In this document: piece after piece, positions 10,011-18,829 of the stretch | How positions within the stretch are numbered: position 1 is the first letter of the stretch | Layout: the number at the start of each line of letters is the position of its first letter | Source: a virus | Taxonomy: Duplodnaviria > Caudoviricetes | Strand: one strand, 5' to 3' | DNA: 34,555 nt | IMG/VR virus record: IMGVR_UViG_3300032218_002734 | Span: 1 to 34,555 of that record | Program-made: the position numbers and the translations under genes | The notes under the pieces: generated by a model | Database searches by the model: none | Told to the model about the DNA's origin: nothing | The model's input: the letters and a program-made list of their open reading frames with translations, nothing else

Positions 10011-10441
10011 ACGATAAAATACATAAAGTATTAAGTGCATCAAGATCTAAAGATGAACTTATTGCTTGGTGCTATCCAGACCATAAAAGAGTTTTGTATG
10101 CCTATTCGCAGGTACGAAAAAATATGGAAGAAGCTTATTCTGTAGTACAAGTTGGTAAATTATTAGGTAGACACAGAGTAACAATTCAAGACTATATTCT
10201 TGATGAAAAAATTGCAACGCCAGCAAAAATATATCCAATAGGAGATTTTGAAAATAAAAATTGGTCTAAGTATATGTTTAAAGAAAAAGATATATTAGAT
10301 TTACATCAACATATATTAGATTCAGGACATTCTTTAGAGCTTCCATCACGCACAGAATTATTGGGGCTTCTCAAACACAATTTAATATTGTATACTAAGA
10401 CAGAAGATGGGAAGTTCGTACCAGTATGGAAGGCGGAGTAA
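9956..10441 (+). CDS. Putative helix-turn-helix DNA-binding protein
   Basis: YSVVQVGKLLGRHRVTIQDY is an excisionase/MerR-like HTH pattern. Start codon uncertain. Confidence 0.6.
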   Translation: MVRSKGTAKSKKIRYFFLNDKIHKVLSASRSKDELIAWCYPDHKRVLYAYSQVRKNMEEAYSVVQVGKLLGRHRVTIQDYILDEKIATPAKIYPIGDFENKNWSKYMFKEKDILDLHQHILDSGHSLELPSRTELLGLLKHNLILYTKTEDGKFVPVWKAE

Positions 10442-10548
10442 TGAGCAGAATGGTAATATGTTCAATTTGTAAAAAAGAATGGGAACTTCGTTGGGGTATT
10501 TTTGCACACGATAGTTTATCTAGGCACATGAAGGCGGACCACAAATGA
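10441..10548 (+). CDS. 35-aa C2H2-type zinc-finger microprotein
   Basis: MSRMVICSICKKEWELRWGIFAHDSLSRHMKADHK. Coupled on both sides (TAATG, ATGA) with a GGAG RBS. Not in the ORF track. Confidence 0.7.
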   Translation: MSRMVICSICKKEWELRWGIFAHDSLSRHMKADHK

Positions 10549-10748
10549 CAACAAGAGTTAAAATAGACTTATCATTTACTAGAAATCTTGGTAATTATGA
10601 AAGTATTAAAATAGGCGTAGGCGTTGAAGATGATGTTCGTCAAGGAGAAACCGTCGATGCTGCAACAGAAAGAGTTTATGCTTTTGTTGAAAACAAATTA
10701 ATTTCTAAAACCCAAGAGGTAGAAGAAGAGTTAAAGAATGGCAAATAG
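10545..10748 (+). CDS. Hypothetical phage protein
   Basis: 67 aa with TRNLGNYESIKI segment. Coupled to its neighbours. Confidence 0.7.
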   Translation: MTTRVKIDLSFTRNLGNYESIKIGVGVEDDVRQGETVDAATERVYAFVENKLISKTQEVEEELKNGK

Positions 10749-11061
10749 CAGAGAGCCATATATACTTCTTACTTTATATCAAAATTTATATAAAGATAAA
10801 TATACTAGAGCTTTAACAATTAATAAATTTCGTGAGAAATGGGCTATGCAAGATGTAATTGATAGTGTAGGATTTGATCGTGCAAAAGAATTAATAGAAT
10901 ATTATTTTGAGTTAAATAAGAATGGTCATCCATTACAATTTTTCTTTTATAATTTTGACAAAATGGATTCTTTAAAAACAGAAATTGAAAAAGATAAAGA
11001 AAAGCGTCGTTTGTTATTGGAAGAAACGAAAAAGATGGTAGAGCAAGGCGGTATAGAATGA
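10738..11061 (+). CDS. Hypothetical protein upstream of helicase
   Basis: 107 aa helical ORF overlapping the helicase start. Confidence 0.65.
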   Translation: MANSREPYILLTLYQNLYKDKYTRALTINKFREKWAMQDVIDSVGFDRAKELIEYYFELNKNGHPLQFFFYNFDKMDSLKTEIEKDKEKRRLLLEETKKMVEQGGIE

Positions 11062-12326
11062 ATACAGAAGCAGAATTAATTTCAGCAGTATGTAAAAATA
11101 AAGATATTAGCACTTTGCTTGCTGACAATGTTGATGATTTATTTACCTCTCATAAAGATATTTGGGATGGACTTAAATCATATTATTATAAATTTAAAGC
11201 CGTACCAGAAGCTGGTATCCTTCAGGAAAAATTTAAAGATTTTGAACCAGTTGATGTTAAAGGACAAACTGGATATTATTTAGATACTTTAAAAAATGAA
11301 TTTCTATCTAGTAAGCTAAAAAATATTATTTTAAAAAGTGGTTCTGCATTAAAAGAAGATGCTGCGTCAAGAGTTCTTGAGAAGATGCAAAGTGAACTTG
11401 CTGGACTTAGTAGGTTTACAAATAATGTTAGAGATTTAGATATAACGGATGCCGATGCTGCTATTAGGCATATGGAATTATTGCGTGTACGTTCTGCTGA
11501 AATGGGCGGGTCCCCAGGAATTAAAACTGGATTTGATGCTATTGATATAGCTTACCCGACTGGTATGGCGCCAGGACATTTAATTGTTGCAATTGGTTGG
11601 CCAGGTAAAGGTAAGACATGGTTTACTTCTTATTTAGCATGTAAGGCTTGGGAACAAGGATTTAAACCAATGATTGTTTCCCTTGAGATGTCCCCTGAAA
11701 ATATGCGTGATCGCATTTATACAATGTTGGGTTCTGGTTTATTCAAAGCTTCAGATTTTTCTAAGGGAGATATTAATATTGATGATTTCCGTTCATGGTC
11801 TACAAAAAAGTTTGCAGATAAAAATAGTTTTATTCTTATTTCAAATGAAGGTAATACAGAAGTTACGCCAGCCACAATCCAAGGCAAAATAGATCAGCAT
11901 AAACCAGATCTAGTTATTCTTGATTATCATCAATTATTTAATGATAATAAAAGAAGCAACTCTGAAGTTGAAAGAAATAGAAATGTTTCTCGTGAATTTA
12001 AAATGCTGGCGGTATCAAATAATATTCCAATTATTGATATTACTGCTGCAACAGCCGACGACGTATCAGATCAAGAAAACCCTCCAATGATGTCGCAAGT
12101 TGCTTGGTCTAAAGCTATCGAATACGATGCAGATATGGCTATGGCTGTTCATAGATACCCAGGAACAAATATGATTGAGATTGTTTCAAGAAAAAATCGA
12201 CATGGGCATGAGTTTGGTTTATACTTAGATTGGGATATCAACCGTGGTATCGTAAAAGAAATTTATGAGAATCCTTTCCAAAATAATGAATCACAAACAG
12301 ATAAAAAGATTCCAAGCAAAGGTTAA
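11058..12326 (+). CDS. dnaB: Replicative DnaB-like helicase
   Basis: Walker A GWPGKGKT, SLEMS, VILDYHQL, IEYDAD, KNRHG. Confidence 0.93.
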   Translation: MNTEAELISAVCKNKDISTLLADNVDDLFTSHKDIWDGLKSYYYKFKAVPEAGILQEKFKDFEPVDVKGQTGYYLDTLKNEFLSSKLKNIILKSGSALKEDAASRVLEKMQSELAGLSRFTNNVRDLDITDADAAIRHMELLRVRSAEMGGSPGIKTGFDAIDIAYPTGMAPGHLIVAIGWPGKGKTWFTSYLACKAWEQGFKPMIVSLEMSPENMRDRIYTMLGSGLFKASDFSKGDINIDDFRSWSTKKFADKNSFILISNEGNTEVTPATIQGKIDQHKPDLVILDYHQLFNDNKRSNSEVERNRNVSREFKMLAVSNNIPIIDITAATADDVSDQENPPMMSQVAWSKAIEYDADMAMAVHRYPGTNMIEIVSRKNRHGHEFGLYLDWDINRGIVKEIYENPFQNNESQTDKKIPSKG

Positions 12327-12576
12327 CTTTAGAGACGATTCAGACATGATCAGGGTTAGGGCACAATATGAAAGCCTATTAACTCATGATATGAGAATCA
12401 AAGGCTATGTTAGGGTACTTGACATAGATACCAATTTTTCGGTAGAATTTGACGGAGAAACTTGGGTGTTCTTAATGACACTCTATGGAGTATATGTAGG
12501 AAAGAAGAAAGCATGTCAGTCAGAGGGAATTACGCAAGGAAAACTGATACCGCTCAATATGCTCCAGAGCATATAA
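12286..12576 (+). CDS. Hypothetical protein between helicase and primase
   Basis: ORF filling the gap. Probable ATG at 12286. Confidence 0.6.
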   Translation: MNHKQIKRFQAKVNFRDDSDMIRVRAQYESLLTHDMRIKGYVRVLDIDTNFSVEFDGETWVFLMTLYGVYVGKKKACQSEGITQGKLIPLNMLQSI

Positions 12577-13520
12577 AGTCTATAGTAAAAGAAATTGGAC
12601 TTGATGTTGCGGGAGAAACCGATATTGAAATATCTTTTTATTGTCCATTTCATTCAAATAGACATAGTGCAAGTTGTAGCATAAGTAAAACAACTGGTGC
12701 ATGGCTGTGTTTTAATCCATCATGTGGCGAAACTGGATCAATAACAGAATTAGTAAAGCGTATACTTCATAAAAATGATTTTCAAGCGATGCGATTTATT
12801 TATTCTAAAGAAACAGAAATGTTATCAAATTTTGACGAAATGTTAAATGATGTATTATCCGATAAACCAGATTTTGAAGAATTTCCTTTAGATACATTAA
12901 ATAATTTACATACCGATTTAATTAATAGTCAAGAAGCTCAATCTTATTTTAATTCTAGAGGAATTAATTTAGAGTCCATAAATCATTTTGATTTAGGATA
13001 CTCTCCTAAAATGAACATGGTCACAGTTCCAGTACATAGTCCAGATGGAACACCAGTTGGATTAGTTGGAAGATCAATCTTAGAAAAAAAGTTTAAGAAT
13101 AGTACAAATTTGCCTAAAAATAAAACCATGTTTAATATACACCGTGCTAAAAAAATTGGTGATACTGCAATTATTGTAGAGTCAAGCTTTGATGCAATAT
13201 TAGTTCATCAAGCTGGATTCCCAAATGTTATTGCAACGCTTGGTGGCCACCTATCCTCAGAAAATATTAATTTAGTCAATAGATATTTTAATAAAATAAT
13301 TATAATGACAGATTCTGATTTAGCAGGCAGAGAGCTAGGCAATAGCGTTGTGGCTAGATTAAAGAATAAAGACCTCTTGTGGGCTTCTTATACTTATGGT
13401 AAGATATATCCACATGATGCAAAAGATGCAGGAGATATGACCGAAGAGGAAATTAAATCTTGCATTAAAAATGCGGTATCCAATATTGAATATCAGTCTT
13501 GGGTTCGTGATAAAATATAA
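12513..13520 (+). CDS. dnaG: DNA primase (CHC2 zinc finger + TOPRIM)
   Basis: CPFH...WLCFNPSCG zinc finger. TOPRIM motifs IVESSFDAI, ATLGG, TDSDLAG, KDAGD. Confidence 0.92.
   Translation: MSVRGNYARKTDTAQYAPEHIKSIVKEIGLDVAGETDIEISFYCPFHSNRHSASCSISKTTGAWLCFNPSCGETGSITELVKRILHKNDFQAMRFIYSKETEMLSNFDEMLNDVLSDKPDFEEFPLDTLNNLHTDLINSQEAQSYFNSRGINLESINHFDLGYSPKMNMVTVPVHSPDGTPVGLVGRSILEKKFKNSTNLPKNKTMFNIHRAKKIGDTAIIVESSFDAILVHQAGFPNVIATLGGHLSSENINLVNRYFNKIIIMTDSDLAGRELGNSVVARLKNKDLLWASYTYGKIYPHDAKDAGDMTEEEIKSCIKNAVSNIEYQSWVRDKI
13508..13516 (+). promoter_or_regulatory. Extended -10 promoter for SSB gene
   Basis: TGATAAAAT ahead of a short leader with a GATGG/CCATC hairpin and a GAGGA RBS. Confidence 0.45.
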
Positions 13521-13564
13521 ATACAGATGGATATATACCATCAACTATAGAAAAGAGGATACAA

Positions 13565-14239
13565 ATGGGTATCGTTAAAGGACTAAAAGACCTAAATAAG
13601 GTTATGGATAAGCCTTCTTATTCAGAAAACGATGGAACAAAAGCACGTTGGGCAAAACTTGAAGATGCAGAAAGCGTTAAAATTCGTTTCTTGCAAGAGC
13701 TAGATCCAGATTCACCAACGTATAATGAAAAAGCTGGGCTTGGATTTATTGCAGTAGAACATACTAATCCAAAAGATTATCGTCGCAAAGCACTTTGTAC
13801 AATGGAAGATCAAGGAAAGTGCTATGGTTGCGAACAACACCGCAAAGATTATAAAGCGGGATGGAAGGGCCGTTCACGACTTTATATTAATGTTCTTCTT
13901 GACGATGGTAAAGAAGATCCATATGTTGCAATTCTTTCACAAGGATCTAGCGGTAAAACAATTACGCCTACACTTATTGAGTATGCTGGCGAAATGGGAT
14001 CTATTACTAATCTTATGTGGCGCATTAAGCGTTCGGGAACAAAAACAGATACAAGTTATACGATTATTCCCTTACAAAAAGATGAAGTTGCATTTGATTC
14101 TGCAGCAGTTGGACTATATGATTTAGAAACAACTGCAGTACGTGATTTGCCTTATACAGAGCAAGAAGCATTTTTTGCTGGCGAAGGCGGACATGCCGTA
14201 GAAGAATCTTCTTCTACAAGTAGCAATCTAGACTGGTAG
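13565..14239 (+). CDS. Single-stranded DNA-binding protein (gp32-like)
   Basis: KIRFL, H...C...CxxC metal site, RLYINV, IKRSGTKTDTSY, acidic/Ser tail ending in W. Lies between primase and polymerase. Confidence 0.75.
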   Translation: MGIVKGLKDLNKVMDKPSYSENDGTKARWAKLEDAESVKIRFLQELDPDSPTYNEKAGLGFIAVEHTNPKDYRRKALCTMEDQGKCYGCEQHRKDYKAGWKGRSRLYINVLLDDGKEDPYVAILSQGSSGKTITPTLIEYAGEMGSITNLMWRIKRSGTKTDTSYTIIPLQKDEVAFDSAAVGLYDLETTAVRDLPYTEQEAFFAGEGGHAVEESSSTSSNLDW

Positions 14240-14245
14240 CGGTCC

Positions 14246-14269
14246 CAAGGGGGCAGCAATGCCCCCTTG
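14246..14269 (+). other. 10-bp GC-rich hairpin with GNRA (GCAA) tetraloop, no U-tract
   Basis: CAAGGGGGCA-GCAA-TGCCCCCTTG between the SSB stop and tRNA-Leu. Confidence 0.8.
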
Positions 14270-14272
14270 CAG

Positions 14273-14345
14273 GCCCGAGTAGCCCAGTGGCAGAGGCAGT
14301 GGACTTAAAATCCATACAGCGTGGGTTCGAATCCCACTTTGGGCA
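14273..14345 (+). tRNA. tRNA-Leu(TAA), short variable loop, CCA not encoded
   Basis: Acceptor GCCCGAG/TTTGGGC, anticodon arm GTGGA-CTTAAAA-TCCAT, T arm GTGGG-TTCGAAT-CCCAC, discriminator A. Confidence 0.9.
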
Positions 14346-14346
14346 C

Positions 14347-14577
14347 ATGATAAAGAAAACGGCGGAAATGATTAATTTAGAAATCCCAGATCCATTTACA
14401 ACCTTTCGTATGAAAAAATATGCGGAACAAAAAGGCGGATACCGTTATGATTTTCTTAGTGGAGAATGGGATATTAACTGTGGGTGTTGCAACGAATTAT
14501 TAACTGCACCAACTAAAAAAACGATGGTAAAGATTAGACTCTATCATACTAGAAATGAATGTCGGGGTGGATGGTAA
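14347..14577 (+). CDS. Small zinc-binding hypothetical protein (start 14347 or 14368)
   Basis: CGCC...HTRNEC. The track start at 14287 lies inside the tRNA. The stop is coupled to dnaE by TAATG. Confidence 0.65.
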   Translation: MIKKTAEMINLEIPDPFTTFRMKKYAEQKGGYRYDFLSGEWDINCGCCNELLTAPTKKTMVKIRLYHTRNECRGGW

Positions 14578-17500
14578 TGAGCTTTACTCATTTACATGTT
14601 CATTCATATTATTCATTGATGGATGGTCTTAATTCACCAAAAGAATTGTGTCAAGCAGCGCTAGATGCTGGTCAAACATCCATCGCAATTACAGATCATG
14701 GAACATTGGCATCACATAGAGAAATGCAAATTGCTGCAAAAGAATTAGGGATTAAACCAATCCTTGGAGTTGAAGCTTACATATCTCCGACAGATAGATT
14801 TGATAGATCATCTAAAACTGATAAATCAATTCAAGCTTATAATCACATTATCCTTTTAGCTAAAAATAAAAAGGGATTAGAAAATATTAATATTCTTCAA
14901 GAGCTTGCTTGGAATGAAGGGTTTTATCACAAGCCACGTATTGATAAAGAAATTTTGTTTGAATATAAAGAAGGGATTATAGTTCTTTCTGGATGTTTAA
15001 ATGGTCTTATGAGTAAAGCAATTGAAAAAGGTGAATTTGGAGAAGCTAAGTTGATGCTTAGTTCCTTTAAAAAAGAATTTGGCAAAGATTTTTATGTCGA
15101 AGTTCAATCCCATAACCCAGCGGAAATAAATTTAAAGCTTCTTGAATTGGCCGATGAACTTAAAATTAAAGCGGTTGCAACAGGAGATGCTCATTTTGCT
15201 AAAGAAGAAGATAGAATTTTAGAAGAGGCATTGTTAATTCTTTCAACATCCCCCAAAGCGGATAAAGATTCAGATTTTGACATGTCTAGAAACATTAAAG
15301 ATATGCTAGAAAGATTTAATTATTTATATCCTGATCGACGAATTTCATTTCAAGATTATAATTTATTTATTCAATCTCGTTCTGAAATTGAAACAGATTT
15401 TAATTCTGCTGGAATTACTAGAACAGATATATATACAAATACAACTGATATATCAGATCAAATTGAAGAATATGATTTTTATCAAGGACTTAACCTCCTG
15501 CCAGTACCAAAAACAGATGCCGATGAAAAGCTACGAGAGTTGGCTGAAAACGGCTTAGAGAGGCTTCAGAAGGCTTCAGATGTGGTCTACAGAGAACGTC
15601 TTGACGAAGAATTGTCTATTATTGCTTCAAAGAATTTTGCTTCTTATTTTCTTGTTGTTGGGGATATGATTAATTGGGCAAAAGAAAATGATATTCGTGT
15701 AGGCCCAGGCCGTGGCTCTGCAGCAGGTTCATTAGTTTGCTATGCCTTGGGAATTACTGATGTAGACCCAATTGAATATGATTTATTGTTTTTTAGATTT
15801 ATTAATCCAGAGCGTAATGATTTCCCAGACATTGATACGGATTTTGAAGATCGTCGTCGCAAAGAAGTCAAAGATTATTTAAAGAAAAAATTTAAGCATG
15901 TAGCTTCTATTTCTACTTATACTTATTTTAAAGATAAAGGAGTTATTAGAGATGCTGCCCGTATTTTTATGGTTCCATTGCAAGAAGTAAATCGTGCATT
16001 AAAATCAGTAGATACATTTGAAGACTTTATTGATTCACCAAATACAAAAGAATTTAGATTAAGATACCCAGAGGTTGTTTGGCTTGCAGATAGATTGCGT
16101 GGTCGAATTAGATCTGTTGGCGTACATGCTGCTGGGGTTGTGGTTGCAAAAGATGATCTAAGAAAATTTGCCCCAGTAGAATCAAGGGCGGATGCAAACG
16201 ATGAAGTATCAGGAAGAATTCCTGTCGTGGCATACGATATGGATACGGTTGCAGATATAGGTCTTATTAAACTAGATGCCCTAGGACTTAAGACTTTATC
16301 TGTAATCTCTGATACATTAAAGTCTATTAAAAAGCGTACAGGGAAAGATATTAATTTATCAAAATTGTCATTAGATGACTCTAAAGTATATAAAATGCTT
16401 AATGAAGGATATACTAAAGGGGTATTTCAGGCAGAAGCAACTCCATATACAAACCTTTTGATTAAAATGGGAATTGATAAATTTGAAGATCTTGCTGCTT
16501 CAAATGCATTGGTTAGACCAGGCGCTATGAATACAGTGGGTGCAGCATATATTAATCGAAAGCATGGGAAAGAAGCCGTAGAATATACTCATAACATAAT
16601 GAAACCTTTTACTGAGAATACTTATGGTGTTATTATATATCAAGAACAAGTTATGCAAGCATGTGTACACTTGGGCGGTATGACTTGGGCAGAGGCTGAT
16701 AAGGTCCGCAAGATTATTGGAAAGAAAAAAGATGCAAAAGAATTTGACCAGTTCAAGGATAAATTTGTTACTGGGGCTTCAGAACACATTTCTAAGAAAA
16801 AAGCAGAAGAGCTATGGCATGATTTTGAAGCACATGCTGGTTATTCTTTTAACCGCTCCCATGCTGTTGCTTACTCTATGCTTAGTTATTATACTGCTTG
16901 GCTTAAGGTTAATTATCCACTTGAGTTTATGTTTTCCATTCTTAAAAACGAAAATGATAAAGATGCAAGAACAGAATATTTAATTGAATCAAAAAGATTA
17001 GGATTAAAAATATTGCTTCCTCATATTAATGAATCGAGTGTTCATTTTGAGCTACAAGAAAATTCTATTCGATTTGGATTAGCTGAAGTGAAATTCATTT
17101 CAGACAATATTGCTAATAAAATAATTGAAAGAAGGCCATATCAAAATTATGTTGACTTTATTGATAAAGCATCGAAAAAAGGTTCTGGCATTAACAGCCG
17201 TGCTATTGCTGCTCTTAACTCCATCGGCGCTGCTGCGTTTGATGACAACAAAAGGCAAGGCAATGAAAAAGACAACTACTACGAATACTTAGGAATACCT
17301 TCTTTTAATTTGGAAGGAATACCTCCAAGAATTAAAGCTCAAGCAAGACCTATTGAAGAATTTGATGACCTTGGATCATTTATTATGTTTGGTATGGTAA
17401 AAAGTATTAAACGTGGTGCTGGCTGGGCCAGAGTTGAGCTTGTTGATGAAACTGGATCAATAGGATTGTTTCACACAGAGCAAACACAAATTGAAACAGG

Positions 17501-17846
17501 CCAAATGTATTTTATTTTGGTAGGTGATAATAGAATTGCAAGATATATTAAGGTTAGCGATATTAATTCAAAATCAGATGATTTATTTGTAGACTACCTG
17601 TACAGAAAAGAATATGATTTAGAAGAAGATGAATATATTGTGGTTAATTTTACTCCGTATCAAACAAAAGCTGGCAAAACAATGAGTCATATAGTATTAT
17701 CTAATAAAGATAAAGAATTAACTAGAGCAATTGCATTTCCAACAATGTATAAAATGACATTGGCAAAAATGAGAGAAGGAATGAAGTGTAAAGTTGTACT
17801 ATCTAAATTGGATGATGGTACATTAAATATAAAGGAGATACTATGA
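14577..17846 (+). CDS. dnaE: DNA polymerase III alpha subunit (family C)
   Basis: PHP domain HLHVHSYYSLMDG/TDHG/GVEAY, GPGRGSAAGSLV, PDIDTDF, HAAGVV, KLDALGL, GVFQAE, YSFNRSHAVAY. Confidence 0.97.
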   Translation: MSFTHLHVHSYYSLMDGLNSPKELCQAALDAGQTSIAITDHGTLASHREMQIAAKELGIKPILGVEAYISPTDRFDRSSKTDKSIQAYNHIILLAKNKKGLENINILQELAWNEGFYHKPRIDKEILFEYKEGIIVLSGCLNGLMSKAIEKGEFGEAKLMLSSFKKEFGKDFYVEVQSHNPAEINLKLLELADELKIKAVATGDAHFAKEEDRILEEALLILSTSPKADKDSDFDMSRNIKDMLERFNYLYPDRRISFQDYNLFIQSRSEIETDFNSAGITRTDIYTNTTDISDQIEEYDFYQGLNLLPVPKTDADEKLRELAENGLERLQKASDVVYRERLDEELSIIASKNFASYFLVVGDMINWAKENDIRVGPGRGSAAGSLVCYALGITDVDPIEYDLLFFRFINPERNDFPDIDTDFEDRRRKEVKDYLKKKFKHVASISTYTYFKDKGVIRDAARIFMVPLQEVNRALKSVDTFEDFIDSPNTKEFRLRYPEVVWLADRLRGRIRSVGVHAAGVVVAKDDLRKFAPVESRADANDEVSGRIPVVAYDMDTVADIGLIKLDALGLKTLSVISDTLKSIKKRTGKDINLSKLSLDDSKVYKMLNEGYTKGVFQAEATPYTNLLIKMGIDKFEDLAASNALVRPGAMNTVGAAYINRKHGKEAVEYTHNIMKPFTENTYGVIIYQEQVMQACVHLGGMTWAEADKVRKIIGKKKDAKEFDQFKDKFVTGASEHISKKKAEELWHDFEAHAGYSFNRSHAVAYSMLSYYTAWLKVNYPLEFMFSILKNENDKDARTEYLIESKRLGLKILLPHINESSVHFELQENSIRFGLAEVKFISDNIANKIIERRPYQNYVDFIDKASKKGSGINSRAIAALNSIGAAAFDDNKRQGNEKDNYYEYLGIPSFNLEGIPPRIKAQARPIEEFDDLGSFIMFGMVKSIKRGAGWARVELVDETGSIGLFHTEQTQIETGQMYFILVGDNRIARYIKVSDINSKSDDLFVDYLYRKEYDLEEDEYIVVNFTPYQTKAGKTMSHIVLSNKDKELTRAIAFPTMYKMTLAKMREGMKCKVVLSKLDDGTLNIKEIL

Positions 17847-18094
17847 CAGAAGAAATTCAAGTTACTACAGCAGATGATGTTTTTGGAGCATTAACAATTC
17901 CAAAGATTTTAATTGCAGCGTTAGAAACACTGGGGGAAATTCAAATTCCAACCACTATATTTTTAAATGCAGCAAAAGTAGATAAAGAATTACAAGTTGA
18001 TTACAATTCAGATAATCAAATTTTTACATTTAAGTTAAAGGCAGAAAATGAATCAGGGAATAATAACAACCAGCTCATTAACGACTTCGAGTAA
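17843..18094 (+). CDS. Hypothetical protein (probable paralogue of 18470-18829)
   Basis: 83 aa, AAGGAG RBS, ATGA overlap with dnaE. Confidence 0.7.
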   Translation: MTEEIQVTTADDVFGALTIPKILIAALETLGEIQIPTTIFLNAAKVDKELQVDYNSDNQIFTFKLKAENESGNNNNQLINDFE

Positions 18095-18440
18095 TAGTTT
18101 GCCAAATTTAGTAACAGATTATGGATTGGATCCGCTGGCAGCTATTCTTCACGAGACAGCAATTGAAAAAGGATTTTGGCAAGGAGAAATTAATTATGAC
18201 AAAATTGGTAATAAACTCGCTCTTGTACATTCGGAAGTTACTGAGGTTTTGGAAGCTATCCGTAAAAATAAAGGTTCTGAAGAAGTTGTAGAAGAAATAG
18301 CAGATGTTTTAATTAGAATTTTGGATGTTTATGCTGCAATGAAAAATACTGGGGACCTTACCCATAGCTTGGATGAAGTTTTATTTAATAAAATTGAAAA
18401 AAATAAAACACGCCCAATGCTTCACGGCAATTTATTTTAA
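18048..18440 (+). CDS. MazG-like NTP pyrophosphohydrolase
   Basis: KLALVHSEVTEVLEA...EEIADVLIRILD...KIEKNKTRP. Confidence 0.88.
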   Translation: MNQGIITTSSLTTSSNSLPNLVTDYGLDPLAAILHETAIEKGFWQGEINYDKIGNKLALVHSEVTEVLEAIRKNKGSEEVVEEIADVLIRILDVYAAMKNTGDLTHSLDEVLFNKIEKNKTRPMLHGNLF

Positions 18441-18449
18441 TGATATAAT
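18421..18449 (+). promoter_or_regulatory. Promoter for the recombination module
   Basis: TTCACG, 17 nt, TATAAT with TG extension (TGATATAAT 18441-18449). Confidence 0.6.
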
Positions 18450-18469
18450 AGTAAAAAGAAAAGAGATTT

Positions 18470-18829
18470 ATGAAAAATCTAGATGATTTAATGACACAAG
18501 AAGATAAAATTGTTTGTCAAAAAATTGCTTTTGAATTAAAAGCAACAAATACACTTGTTGCAATTTTAGAACATTACGGAAAGCTTGTGGTTCCTAAAAA
18601 AAATTTATTGGAACTCGCACAAATAGAGCAAAAATGGCCAAATGATTTTATATACAATCACGGAAGTTCTATGGTTATAACCTATGACCCAGATAAAGAA
18701 GAGTTTGGATTTGAATTAATGTATAAAATGGACGGGAATGAGCCATGGAATGCACTTCTATACACATGTACCAGAAATCAGACAAAGGTTGGTTTCATTG
18801 ATCACGATTCGCCCGTGTATAAATCATGA
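18470..18829 (+). CDS. Hypothetical protein (probable paralogue of 17843-18094)
   Basis: 119 aa ORF coupled to recA. Confidence 0.7.
   Translation: MKNLDDLMTQEDKIVCQKIAFELKATNTLVAILEHYGKLVVPKKNLLELAQIEQKWPNDFIYNHGSSMVITYDPDKEEFGFELMYKMDGNEPWNALLYTCTRNQTKVGFIDHDSPVYKS

Noticed and set aside
14246-14269. Hairpin as an intrinsic terminator
   Set aside because: No U-tract follows and a tRNA starts 3 nt later. I kept it as a structural element, though U-less termination in Actinobacteria cannot be excluded.
14287-14346. N-terminal extension of ORF 14287-14577
   Set aside because: It is the translation of the tRNA-Leu gene. The real start is 14347 or 14368.
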